Origin: Dehalococcoidia bacterium | GTDB taxonomy: Bacteria; Chloroflexota; Dehalococcoidia; Lucifugimonadales; VXLM01 | NCBI GenBank assembly: GCA_963662435.1 | Contig: OY759598.1 | Span: 1,458,507-1,522,506, forward strand | DNA: 64,000 nt | Direction of reading: 5' to 3' | Shown: in pieces, positions 41,602 to 51,643 of the stretch | Position numbering within the stretch: position 1 is the stretch's first letter | How the letters are laid out: each line of letters starts with the position of its first letter | The notes under the pieces: model-generated | What the model saw: only the letters and a program-made list of their open reading frames with translations | Told to the model about the DNA's origin: nothing | The model's database searches: none | Translations under genes and position numbers: made by a program

Positions 41602-41862
41602 ACCAATACCTGTCTACAGAATCAAGGCAATGTCGATGCCACGGTCCGCAAAGCATGAGCAAGCGTCAATGCCTGTTCACGTGACAAACCGGCAATGGCC
41701 GCACGCATAGCTGCGCTATAAGATCCTATGCTAAGTTCGACATACCCGTCCTTCACTGCCACCCACACGTATTGATTCCCTCCTCCGACCTTATCAATCG
41801 CGATCTTCATGCCTTCGGTATCCATACCACTACCTACCTTTCCCTCGATGACGAGCTGAGAC

Positions 41863-42087
41863 TTACCGACCCACAATCCAAAACATAAGTGGTTCCAAAC
41901 GAATAACGATGACGACCAGGCAAATGAACATGGCGATCAGCCCAACCACCCTCAGGACCTCAACCTCGGACTCATTACGATATATCCGGTAGCCCAAGAA
42001 GGCCAGCCCTCCTAGAACGATGGCTTGACCTATCAGAACGGCGACCACACTAACTCGTATCCCCAATATTCCATCTAAGTCCACCAT
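41863..42087 (-). CDS. small two-TM membrane protein
   Basis: GGAGG RBS; two hydrophobic helices. Confidence 0.55.
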   Translation of the reverse strand: MVDLDGILGIRVSVVAVLIGQAIVLGGLAFLGYRIYRNESEVEVLRVVGLIAMFICLVVIVIRLEPLMFWIVGR

Positions 42088-42251
42088 TCCAACACCTCCT
42101 CTACGAAATCCGTCACCGGCCGAACTCCTGCAGCTCGACGTCCGGAGGCCCTCGTCACATACAAACTCTCCATAATCGCGATCCGACCACCGACGCATTC
42201 CGTGACGTGACGACGCCTGAGCAACGCCATTTCGTAATCAAGTGAACTCAA

Positions 42252-42797
42252 TCACCCACCCCCTCCTAACAACCCCTCGAAGATCCAACGCACGATCGCA
42301 ACCACCACAATTCCAACCGCAAGCACAATCAGACAACCCAGCAACAAATAACCCAGATCCTCCCACTGGATGAAAGACCCCTCAGTCCGCACCTTCCGAC
42401 GCTTAGTACGCTCGACACGCTTCTCCCACGCAGACTGAACTCGACCAGCTTCAACCCACGCGCTCCAGCCCCTCCAGGGGACGGGAACCAATCCCGTATG
42501 CTTCGTAAACTCAATGCTCTCCGAGTCCCTCCACGACTTCAGCGCAGCCTCATATCCCACCGCACCACGCCAAGTGTCGAAAGGCAGCTCCGTCATCCAG
42601 GCCAAAACCGCATTGCCCCCGGCCGTACTCTCGACCTCATCCCAGCGATGCCGCTCCATCCGGGCCGTAGGATTCGATGTATGCCCCACGTAGTGCCCGT
42701 ACTCAGTCGTCAGCACATACACCCAAAACTCCCTTCGACCATACGACTCGTCCCGAGCATCCTGTTCCGGCCCCAGCTCCTCCGGCTCGTGCCGCAT
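42252..42797 (-). CDS. GIY-YIG-like nuclease domain with C-terminal TM helix
   Basis: FWVYVL...HYVGHTSNPTARMERH...AVGYEAALK, then LGYLLLGCLIVLAVGIVVVAIV. Confidence 0.72.
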   Translation of the reverse strand: MRHEPEELGPEQDARDESYGRREFWVYVLTTEYGHYVGHTSNPTARMERHRWDEVESTAGGNAVLAWMTELPFDTWRGAVGYEAALKSWRDSESIEFTKHTGLVPVPWRGWSAWVEAGRVQSAWEKRVERTKRRKVRTEGSFIQWEDLGYLLLGCLIVLAVGIVVVAIVRWIFEGLLGGGG

Positions 42798-43161
42798 CAA
42801 AGTCTCCTCAGAGCCCCGCCACGCCCGCGTCCTTCAAGATCCACAAAGAACAGGTACGACCCACACTGAGTACACCCGTCATTCTCCTTCCAACGACCGT
42901 ACGACATCTAGGCCCCGCAACTATCGCACCGAACCCGTATTTTCTTCTTCTTCTCGTTCTTATAAGCCTCGTACACAGCCAAGACCACCACCAGGAAGAC
43001 GTTAAGACGAAATGACCCATTCCATCCCAACCACTCCTTACTTAGCTTCGCCTTAGTATAGCACCACCACTTCGCGTTCACTCAACCGACTGAACAGCTA
43101 GGCTCTATCCCGAACCCCGATCATCTGGTAGTTTGATCCGACCAGCTTATAAGGGAGAATA

Positions 43162-43520
43162 ATGACACGCCCCGCCGTTATCTTGATGACAAGACCTTTG
43201 AAGAAATCAGAACCGTCTTTGCCGAGCTTGTGGACTGTGCCACAAGACAACGAACGATCACGTACACGGAACTTTGTCGCAAAACCGGAGCGGCCAGTCC
43301 CAGGAGCATAGGATCTACACACCTTGACCCTATAGCCCACTTTTGTACGAGAAACGCCTTGCCCCACCTGACATCCTTGGTCGTGACGAAGGACTATGGC
43401 GAACCCGGCGACGGATATGAACCATCGACAGCCGGATGGCAGGCTGACCAACAGGCCGCCTACAACTACAACTGGCGCGCATTGCCACAACTAACAGACG
43501 AAGACGTCCGCACTTTGTAA
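43162..43520 (+). pseudogene. wHTH-like hypothetical protein with a 1-nt frameshift near the start
   Basis: GGGAG RBS and ATG at 43162 are out of frame with YLDDKTFEEIRTVFAELVDCA...ITYTEL...LPHLTSLVV...GEPGDGY; one extra C in the C-run would restore the frame. Confidence 0.55.
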
Positions 43521-43604
43521 CTACGCTCACATCAATTGAGCGTCATGGCAAGCCCCATCGAACCCACCTTGACCTACAAGTCATCACAACGAAGAAAGGT
43601 CCAT

Positions 43605-44813
43605 ATGCCTACATTCATCAAACGAACAGCCCCAGCAGCTATTCTCGTCATCGCCGTCCTGGCCCTGGCCACCGTCATCCAGCAGAACACCACCGCCGAC
43701 GCACAAACCTCAATCTGCGCCGACACGAAAGCCGTCCCCGCCGACGCATCCGCCGAGCTCCTCAACGATTGCGACGCACTCATCAACTCCAAGGGCGCCA
43801 TCAAAGGATCCGGTAGCCTCAATTGGTGGGCCGGCAAATCCATGACCCAATGGAACGGCATCACTGTGAGCAACAGCCGCGTCACCGGCCTCGATCTCCG
43901 CGACCGAGGACTCGATGGCACCATTCCGGAACGCATCGCAGAGCTCGACGCCCTCCAGAACCTCTACCTCTCCGGCAACACATTCACCGGATGCATCCCC
44001 GCCGGCCTCAGCGACGTTCCCAATAACGACGTCGCCGCCGCCGGCCTCTCTTTCTGCGACAGCACCGGCGAGCCGAATCCAACTCCCCCGGCAGCTACTC
44101 CTACACCACCACCCACGCCCCAATCGAGTCAAATCACCATCGGCGACGTCATGTCTGAAGGCCACTGCAACGCCGAGGACATCAACACCACCTTCGGCGA
44201 ACCCTACACCGAAACATTCGACCACCCCATATTAGAATGGGACCACAACGGCCGGGGCTGGTCGTTCAGCTACATCACCAACTGGCTAAACTCCACAGAA
44301 ACCGCATCCGTCTTCTGTCGAACAGTCATCTACGACAACACCGACAGCGCCATCCTCGACACCGCCTACCACACCATCAGGCTCTATAGCGATACTTTAA
44401 CATTCGAGACGCTCCTCGAGGTCAAGATCGACGACCTACCCGAAATCGGCGAACAGTTCATCGGAATACGCATCTATCTCGGCGACGCCCTCGACGTCGA
44501 CGCCGGAGCAATCGAAACCAACAACGTCCTCTACGGTACGAGCAACATAAACGTCTTCATAGAATCAGCCGGCATCAACCACCCCCTCAACGACGACAGG
44601 GTCGTAACAATCGCCGAGCATATTGACGCCCGCCTCACAGCCCTCCTCAACGACACACCCGAGAGCATCGAGCTCGACGCCAACGGCATCACAACCGCCT
44701 CCCCAGCAACCCACGTCCGCAAGAACGTCCGCGACAACCTCTTCGCCGGCCTCGACCGCCCAGTTGACCTCGAAACGCTCAAACGACTCAAGGCCCTCGA
44801 CAGCACCCGCTAA
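43605..44813 (+). CDS. secreted LRR protein with C-terminal 'EGHC' domain
   Basis: Signal peptide, LLNDC...LNWW N-cap, short LRR, PT linker, EGHCNAED; paralog of 32482-33640. Confidence 0.85.
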   Translation: MPTFIKRTAPAAILVIAVLALATVIQQNTTADAQTSICADTKAVPADASAELLNDCDALINSKGAIKGSGSLNWWAGKSMTQWNGITVSNSRVTGLDLRDRGLDGTIPERIAELDALQNLYLSGNTFTGCIPAGLSDVPNNDVAAAGLSFCDSTGEPNPTPPAATPTPPPTPQSSQITIGDVMSEGHCNAEDINTTFGEPYTETFDHPILEWDHNGRGWSFSYITNWLNSTETASVFCRTVIYDNTDSAILDTAYHTIRLYSDTLTFETLLEVKIDDLPEIGEQFIGIRIYLGDALDVDAGAIETNNVLYGTSNINVFIESAGINHPLNDDRVVTIAEHIDARLTALLNDTPESIELDANGITTASPATHVRKNVRDNLFAGLDRPVDLETLKRLKALDSTR

Positions 44814-44826
44814 CAGCCGAAACGAC

Positions 44827-44855
44827 AACGAGCCCACTTCACGAGTGGGCTCGTT
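44827..44855 (+). terminator. putative intrinsic terminator hairpin
   Basis: 12-bp perfect stem AACGAGCCCACT / AGTGGGCTCGTT just after the stop codon. Confidence 0.65.
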
Positions 44856-45216
44856 CCTCCTATTCACTAGCGTTGCGAACGAGAGCGGCCGGCCGATCGG
44901 CCCATAGAGAAGCATTGGCTAGGACCTCACGACCGCCCGCTCCCACGACAACTTTACCACAGCAAGCAAGACGGCCCAATTACGAAAACCGCTCGGTCGG
45001 CAGCTCGGAATTTGACCGGTTCTCGTCACAACAGCCGCGAATCTTTACGAGCGAATTTGCAGACCGGCGAATTCCCGCCGACGAAATCCGTCAACCACGC
45101 CTTAAAAGAAGGGAGCCCCGAATCCCCAGCGACTTCGAGGCTCCCTGAAGGAGGTGCGCGAGGACATGACGATAGCCTCGCTACAACCACACCCTACCAT
45201 CAACAACGATCTCCGC

Positions 45217-45453
45217 TCAACCCTCCCGACCGGCCACACGCTGCGAATCGCACGACGAACAGTACCTGATCTGCAAGCGCAGCGAATCACTACTCACCCT
45301 CTTACGCACATCGGCGTACCGCTCGAAAACGTACCAGGCCCCGTTCTTCGCCTTCTTGTCACGCCTCTGACACCGACCATTCAACGGCTGTCCATCCGGC
45401 CAGACATGGACCATCGCCATCTCAGTCGAGTAATCGACATTCACGGCAAACAA
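45217..45453 (-). CDS. small H/C-type Zn-binding hypothetical protein
   Basis: MFAVNV...VHVWPDG...C...NGAWYVF...CSSC; paralog of 10663-10890. Confidence 0.75.
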   Translation of the reverse strand: MFAVNVDYSTEMAMVHVWPDGQPLNGRCQRRDKKAKNGAWYVFERYADVRKRVSSDSLRLQIRYCSSCDSQRVAGREG

Positions 45454-45602
45454 GAGTCACCCCCGAACGAGTCCAACACCATACGAGCGACCACACGGAC
45501 GTCGCAAACCCCTTGTACGCCCCCAGCCTTACACTCAGCAAAATCTCACAGACTACAGGCCGTTAAAGTGAAGAGGCCCCGACTACCCATCGAGGCCCCC
45601 GC

Positions 45603-46165
45603 ATGTCCTGTAGCAGGAAGTGCCCGCTTCCCGCCGTGCCAAAAGAATACCAACCAAATCCCGACAACGCAATTACCTCCAAGCCCCGTTCCGTCTTCAT
45701 TCCGCCCAAGTTCCACGACCAAGAAATCACCGACGTCCACCAGTACCCTCTCGTCCTCGACCAGCACAAGAACCCCCGCGGCCGCCGGCCGGCGCACGTC
45801 GCATGTGATCTCTTCTCTCGCGTCGAACTCCAACCGCCCAACTCCTACGTCGCCCTCGTCTTCGACGTCGATGAGCCGAACCCCAACGGATGGCACGGCA
45901 AGCCCCGCATAACGCCCACCTGGATAGTCCAGAGCACAACAACCGGTCGATGCCACGTCGGATACGCCATCGACCCACCAGTACATCGAAACCCAAAGTC
46001 GCTCCCAGGCCCACTCTACAAACTCGCCAACGTCGCAGACAGCCTCACCCACTTCCTCGGAGGAGACCCCGGATACGGCGGAAGCATCACGAGAAACCCC
46101 CTCATAGACGACCCCGATCTCGCCGTTCACTGGCACCAGTTCGAGCCCTTCACCCTGGGCCAAGG
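45603..46165 (+). pseudogene. ColE2-type plasmid replicase/primase N-terminal domain, truncated
   Basis: ALVFDVD, PTWIV...TGRCHVGYAI..PV, GDPGYGGSITRNPL, FTLGQ; composition changes abruptly afterwards and no PriCT/HTH follows. Confidence 0.8.
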
Positions 46166-46469
46166 CGTACCGATTTGCGAACTTTTCGGTGGGAGGTTCG
46201 GTTCTAACGAGTCGGCAGCGGCAGGTGGTTGCTAACCTTGTGCCCAAATCTCGGCGCGAAGTCCCTGCTTCGCAGGTATGACGGTTGTGGCATAGCCTTC
46301 AACGAAATTGCACAATTTCAGAAACTAATTGCAGGGGGTCATGGATGAGGACAGACTGCCGGCGGCCTGAAATGGAGGGATGCGATGAAGGGAAGGCACG
46401 GGGCGTCACACTCGCGGATACGACCGGACGATGCCAGGATTCATGGCAAGGTGCCGGCCGACGCTGGTT

Positions 46470-46689
46470 CTGAATCACGATGCAGGGCGAGATGCCCTGG
46501 ATCTCGTCGACCGGCGGGCGCGTGAATTTCGGCAGACGGCGGCGGGCGTACGTGCTGAACGTCTCGATGAGCTGACGCTGCGCCCCAGTGTAGATGGTGT
46601 CGAACACCAGAGACGACTTGCCGCTGACGCTGACGCCCGTGAAAGCCACCAGTTGATGCTTCGGAACGTCCACGTCCAGGTTCTTGAAG
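46470..46689 (-). pseudogene. UvrA/DrrC-like ABC ATPase N-terminal fragment
   Basis: KNLDVDVPKHQLVAFTGVSVSGKSSLVFDTIY..AQRQLIETFS with a mutated Walker A; cut by IS21. Confidence 0.85.
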
Positions 46690-46813
46690 TGTCAAGGGCG
46701 GAGCGAAAATGTACCGGAGCGGCGGAGCAAATCCGTACCACTCAATTTACATTTAGTCAGTGAGACGATGGTTGGCAGTTCGTTGGAGTTGATCTTGCTG
46801 AACGGAGTCCGAA

Positions 46814-47602
46814 CTACAGGTCTTTGGTACTCTCTGAGTTAGTGATTGAGAGAGACATCGCCCGTCTGCTCTCTCTGAGTCGATAGCTTTCGCCGTTCAT
46901 CTCCAGGATGTGAACTCGATGAGTGAGACGGTCGAGGAGAGCGCCTGTGAGACGCTCTGACCCGAAGATCTCGGTCCATTCGTCGAAGGGTAGATTTGTG
47001 GTTACGAGGATCGATCCTCTCTCGTAACGCTGGCTGAAGACCTCGAACAGGAGCTCAGCGCCGGTCTTCGACAGAGGGACGAAGCCAAGCTCATCGACAA
47101 TGAGCAGCTTGAGACAAGCCAGCTTCTTCTGAAGGTTTAGCAATCGTCTTTCATCCCTGGCCTCGATCAGCTCGTGGACCAGGGCGGCAGCGGTGGTGAA
47201 GCCGACCGACAACCCCCTCTGACAGGCTGCAAGTCCCAGTCCGAGGGCGACGTGAGTCTTGCCTGTGCCACTGTTACCGACGGCGATGACGTTCTCGTTG
47301 CGCTCGATGTACTCGCAGCGGGCGAGTTGCATGACCAGGTGCTTGTTCACCGACGGTATGGCCGGGAAGTCGAAGGTATCGAGACTCTTGGTAGCTGGGA
47401 AGCGCGCAGCTTTGATCCTGCGGTCCACCATCCGATGATGGCGGTCGATCAACTCAAGCTCCGACAGCCTCAGCAGGTAGCTGGGATGGTCGACGCTCTC
47501 TGCAGCGCACTGCTCCGCCACCTTGCCGTACTCCCTGAGGAAGGTTGGAAGCTTCAACTCCTTCAGATGGTGCTCCAACAACACCGTCGATCTCTCACTC
47601 AT
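46814..47602 (-). CDS. istB: IS21 helper ATPase
   Basis: GNSGTGKTH, LIVDELGF, ALLDRLTH. Confidence 0.96.
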   Translation of the reverse strand: MSERSTVLLEHHLKELKLPTFLREYGKVAEQCAAESVDHPSYLLRLSELELIDRHHRMVDRRIKAARFPATKSLDTFDFPAIPSVNKHLVMQLARCEYIERNENVIAVGNSGTGKTHVALGLGLAACQRGLSVGFTTAAALVHELIEARDERRLLNLQKKLACLKLLIVDELGFVPLSKTGAELLFEVFSQRYERGSILVTTNLPFDEWTEIFGSERLTGALLDRLTHRVHILEMNGESYRLRESRRAMSLSITNSESTKDL

Positions 47603-49098
47603 GATCTGCCTCCCGACACAAGCGTCATGTAGTCCCTGGCGGATGTCTTCGTCACGGTGACTCTGGGAAGATAGGGATACAGTTCGAGGTCCAGTCTCGG
47701 AGGTCTACCGTCGATCCTGCAAAGCACCAGGTGCTTGACCGCGTCGGAGCTGATGGCCCCAAGCTTGAGGGCCTCTCGTACCGCGACGTGGACCTCCCCC
47801 TTGCGGAAGCTCTCCATCAACCGCAGCACCTGTACGAACTCCCTCTTGCCTTGCTTGCCCATCCGTGACTCCAACAGCCGGCGCAATACCCCGAACTCCT
47901 TGGGCAACTCCCATCCGGCCAATGGAGCAGCCTGGTCAAGTGCCCCCGTCTTGCGTTCCAGCAACGGCAGGTAGTGAAGCGGATCGAACACGAAGTCGTC
48001 ACGTTCGTAGGAACGTCGGTGACGGGCGATGATCTCAGACCCGCAGCTGATCACCACCTCGTTCACGTAGCCCCGCACCAACACGTCCCTGTGACCGTAG
48101 GCCACTGGCACCGAGTAGTCATTGGTACGGTACCGTACCAATGACAGGGAGCTGACCCGGCTCACGTGCTTGTCGCTGGCCTCGTACGGCGCAGCAGGGA
48201 GCGGCAGCAGGGCCTCCAGGTCTCGCTCCATTCGTTGGCCTATCGTCTCGTCATGACCCCGCAACCGGTCTTCCATTCGTCCTAGGCACCGCTCCTCCAA
48301 GTAGGCGTTGAGCGCCTCATAACTCTTGAAGGACGGAATGGGCACCAGGAAGTTCCGTCGCACGTACCCCACCAATCCTTCTACCTTCCCCTTGTCGTTC
48401 CCCTTGCCCGGTCTACCGAACCGGTCCTCGAACAGGTAGTGCGACTGAAGCTCCGAGAACACCCGGGTCCGCTTGCGACGCCCATCGCCCAGTATCTTTG
48501 CCACTGCCAGCTTCGTGTTGTCGTACACGATGCTCTGAGGCACTCCGCCCAAGAACGAGAACGCCGACACGTGTCCATCGCAGAACGCCTCGGTCGTCTC
48601 TGCTGGGTACGACTTGACGAAGCATCCATCGCTGTGGGGAAGGTCCAGAACGAAGTAGTGGATCCGCTGCTCGACTCCACCGATGACCGCACGCGCCTGA
48701 CCGAAGTCGCACTGGGCGTGCCCCGGAGGATGCGATAGCGGAACGAACATCTCCTGACCCCGACGACGGCGCTCGCGCACGTAGTCCTTGACTATCGTGT
48801 ACTTGCCGGTGAACCCGTACTCGTCTCTCAAGCGGTCATAGATGCGCTTGGCCGTGTGACGCTGCTTCTTTGGAAGGGCCAGGTCCTCATCCAGTATCCG
48901 GTCGATCACCCCCGTGTACGGCTCCAGCTTCGGACGCCGCGGCGGACGCTCTCGACGGTACCCCGGAGGCACTGAATACATCAGCATCTTTCGGACCGTA
49001 TCTCGGTGCAGTCCGAACACCCGAGCAGCCTCCCGGATGCTCATACCCTCGACCATACATGCCCTGCGGACCCGCACGTACATATCCACTTTGTACAT
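47599..49098 (-). CDS. istA: IS21 transposase
   Basis: AQCDFG, YDNTK, KGKVEGLVGY. Confidence 0.96.
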   Translation of the reverse strand: MYKVDMYVRVRRACMVEGMSIREAARVFGLHRDTVRKMLMYSVPPGYRRERPPRRPKLEPYTGVIDRILDEDLALPKKQRHTAKRIYDRLRDEYGFTGKYTIVKDYVRERRRRGQEMFVPLSHPPGHAQCDFGQARAVIGGVEQRIHYFVLDLPHSDGCFVKSYPAETTEAFCDGHVSAFSFLGGVPQSIVYDNTKLAVAKILGDGRRKRTRVFSELQSHYLFEDRFGRPGKGNDKGKVEGLVGYVRRNFLVPIPSFKSYEALNAYLEERCLGRMEDRLRGHDETIGQRMERDLEALLPLPAAPYEASDKHVSRVSSLSLVRYRTNDYSVPVAYGHRDVLVRGYVNEVVISCGSEIIARHRRSYERDDFVFDPLHYLPLLERKTGALDQAAPLAGWELPKEFGVLRRLLESRMGKQGKREFVQVLRLMESFRKGEVHVAVREALKLGAISSDAVKHLVLCRIDGRPPRLDLELYPYLPRVTVTKTSARDYMTLVSGGRS

Positions 49099-49539
49099 CC
49101 TTCACACCCTCCATCGAGTTCCTTGCAACTCGATGGAAGGCGGTAGGTGGTACAGTTTGCAAGCGCCTTCTCTCTTCGCCTACCTCACTGCTCCGGTACA
49201 TTTTCGCTCCGCCCTTGACAGACTGGTCGCTTCGGCCACCCTCTCGCTCTCCCAGTAACCTTGAACGTCTATGCGGTGCTTGATGTCGTATCGTCTGGCT
49301 CCTGTCACCGCCCTACGTAAGCGAGAACCGCCCTCGGGCACCGTTCCCCTGTTCCCACAGTATCGGACCGGTCAACGCGATGCTGGACAGACGTAATACC
49401 CCCCCTGACAACGAGACCGCCGAGGATGAAGATTGAATATCTGATGGGCGGCTAGAGTAGTGGGCAGCCGGATTCATGGCAAGAAAGCCCGCCCAACATG
49501 GACGAGCGATCCGCCTTAAACGCAAAAAGGGCCACATAC

Positions 49540-51227
49540 GAGCCTGTCTCATAAGTCGTGAGAGCTGGCGATAAGAACTGTGTTCGGTGTACCTTCTCAA
49601 GCGACATTGAGTTAGGAGCGAATGTGATGCCGCTTCGAGACATGGACCGAGAGCAGGCTTGGCTGTTGCCGCCATCTCTTGACGATCTGTTGCCACTGGA
49701 CCACCCGGCGCGGTTCGTGGCTGAGTTCGTGGACGCGTTGGATAGGGACGACTGGGCGGAGCTTGGCGTGGAGATAGAAGGAGACCCGATGGGGGCTCCA
49801 GCCTACCATCCTCGGGCGCTGTTGAGCATTTGGCTGTACGGCTTCATGACCGGGGTTCGCTCTTGTCGCAAGTTGGAGACGGCCTGCCGGGACCAGATAC
49901 CGTACCTGTGGCTGACAGGATGGCAGCATCCAGACCACAATACCCTGTGGCGATTCTACAAAGCACACAGGCAGTCCATGAGGAAGCTGTTTGAGAGAAC
50001 AGTTCACACGGCAGTCACGATGAAGCTGTTGGACCTGGCGGTACAGGCGGTGGATGGTACGAAGGTGAGTGCCAACGCATCGGTATACAGGACCCACAGT
50101 GCTGAGGAACTGCGCAAGTTATTGGACCGGGTAGAAGCGGCGATACGTGACCTTGAGGCTCAGAACGAAGCGGGAGAAGATACGCCCGCCGTCCATCTGC
50201 CGGGGGAACTGGCCAATAAGGAGATGCTGAGGGAGCAAGTGAGGCAGGCGATGGCCGACCTTGAGAGTATGGAACGCCAGAAGCGCATCAACCTCACGGA
50301 CGGAGACGCCCGGCTGATGAAGACGCGTGGCAGCGTGTTGCTCGGCTACAACGCCCAGGCTATGGTCTCACCCTTGGAACCTGACGGGGGAGCGACCGGC
50401 ATGTTTATCACGGCGGTTGACATGGCAGACAGTAGTCGTGACGAAACACAGTTGGTTCCCATGATAGAGCAGGCTGAGGAGACGACGGGAACGAAATCAG
50501 AGATGACGTTGGCCGATGCCGCTTACCACTCCGGGAAGGGCTTGGAAGAATGCGCTCGTAGAGGCCAGTCAGTTGCGATGCCGGAGACGACGAGCCAACG
50601 GTCGCTCGGGGACCCCTATCACAAAGACCGATTCAGGTACGACAAGCACAGCGACAGCTTCAGGTGTCCGCAGGGACAGGAGCTTCAGTTTCTTCGTATC
50701 CAACGCTTGAATGGAGTCCCGTGGCGTCTGTACCGAACCTCTGAAGGCGTCTGCCAGGCGTGCCCAGCCTTCGGAGTCTGTACGAGGTCCGAAAGGTTCG
50801 GCCGTAGTGTGACGATAGGGCCTTACGACGCCGCGTTGCGCCGTCATCGTGTCTGGATGTCTACCGACGAAGCAAAGGATGCGTACAAGCGGAGGAAGCT
50901 GTTGGTCGAACCGGTCTTCGGAATCATCAAGGAGCAACTGAAGGCTCGGCGGTTCCTGCTGCGCGGCAGGGTCAACGTGTCATCCGAGTGGACTTTGCTA
51001 GCCACAGCCTTCAACCTGCGCACCCTCTGGAAGGTGTGGTGCTCCGGCGTCTTTGCCGACCTACTTCTTCGCGGCCCAAAGCCTTACTTCGCTTCCTAGA
51101 ATTGTCACGATAACAGCGGTCACCATTGGTCGTGAGTCCCCTTACCTGCCTGTTGTCCTACAGGCTAACCTGTTCGGTGACCATCGTTGATCCAAGTCGG
51201 TCGCAACATCGCTTATGAGACAGGCTC
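49540..51227 (+). mobile_element. IS1182-family element
   Basis: IRs GAGCCTGTCTCATAAG and CTTATGAGACAGGCTC; ATAC duplication. Confidence 0.93.
49627..51099 (+). CDS. IS1182-family transposase
   Basis: PDHNTLWRF, VDGTK, ADAAY, CPQG...CQACP...C, VEPVFG. Confidence 0.93.
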   Translation: MPLRDMDREQAWLLPPSLDDLLPLDHPARFVAEFVDALDRDDWAELGVEIEGDPMGAPAYHPRALLSIWLYGFMTGVRSCRKLETACRDQIPYLWLTGWQHPDHNTLWRFYKAHRQSMRKLFERTVHTAVTMKLLDLAVQAVDGTKVSANASVYRTHSAEELRKLLDRVEAAIRDLEAQNEAGEDTPAVHLPGELANKEMLREQVRQAMADLESMERQKRINLTDGDARLMKTRGSVLLGYNAQAMVSPLEPDGGATGMFITAVDMADSSRDETQLVPMIEQAEETTGTKSEMTLADAAYHSGKGLEECARRGQSVAMPETTSQRSLGDPYHKDRFRYDKHSDSFRCPQGQELQFLRIQRLNGVPWRLYRTSEGVCQACPAFGVCTRSERFGRSVTIGPYDAALRRHRVWMSTDEAKDAYKRRKLLVEPVFGIIKEQLKARRFLLRGRVNVSSEWTLLATAFNLRTLWKVWCSGVFADLLLRGPKPYFAS

Positions 51228-51240
51228 ATACATGGACTCG

Positions 51241-51278
51241 CAGGGGGAAGACGCCCGAAACTAGGTGTCTTCCCCCTG
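51241..51278 (-). terminator. hairpin downstream of the helicase-tail remnant
   Basis: CAGGGGGAAGAC...GTCTTCCCCCTG 12-bp stem. Confidence 0.55.
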
Positions 51279-51289
51279 TAGTTTTGCGG

Positions 51290-51643
51290 CATAGTTTCCC
51301 GCTACGACCGGCTCCCGCTCACGTTCCACCGCCCACTCGAAGAGGGACAGGGATGGGGCCTGCGCTTTGCTCTTGCGGCCCTTCGGCTTGGTCGGCTCCT
51401 CGGCCATGAACTCGGTCCAGGAGAACAGAGACTGCTGCGGCTCGTCGACCTCCTGTTGCCATTGCCGTTGGCGGGCGCGTGCCCGTTGACCGGAACCAGC
51501 TCAACCGTCGGCCCGATGCCGAACAGGTCGTCATGGCCGTTGCCGTTGACCACGATGGTCTCCAGCTCGACCAGCTTCCAGCCCTCGTCAACCAGCAGCT
51601 CTTCGGCGGTGGCCTCGTTGTTCCGCGCTTGGGCGAAGACCTC
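51290..51643 (-). pseudogene. remnant 3' end of an ICE helicase gene
   Basis: EVFAQARN..AEELLVDEGWK...IGPTVELV...SLFSWTEFMAEE...SLSLFEWA matches the C-terminus of 62880-64000. Confidence 0.88.

Larger units (their letters stand above)
22680..46165. mobile_element. putative integrated plasmid-like element with strong strand skew
   Basis: C/A-rich plus strand regardless of gene orientation, truncated replicase, dispersed repeats, many small ORFs. Boundaries approximate. Confidence 0.55.
46690..49220 (-). mobile_element. IS21-family element
   Basis: TG...CA ends with a long IR TGTCAAGGGCGGAGCGAAAATGTACCGGAGC; istA-istB; no target duplication visible. Confidence 0.95.

Noticed and set aside
22680..46165. 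Prophage interpretation of the skewed block
   Set aside because: No capsid, terminase, portal, tail or integrase genes are recognisable; the only replication gene is plasmid-type.
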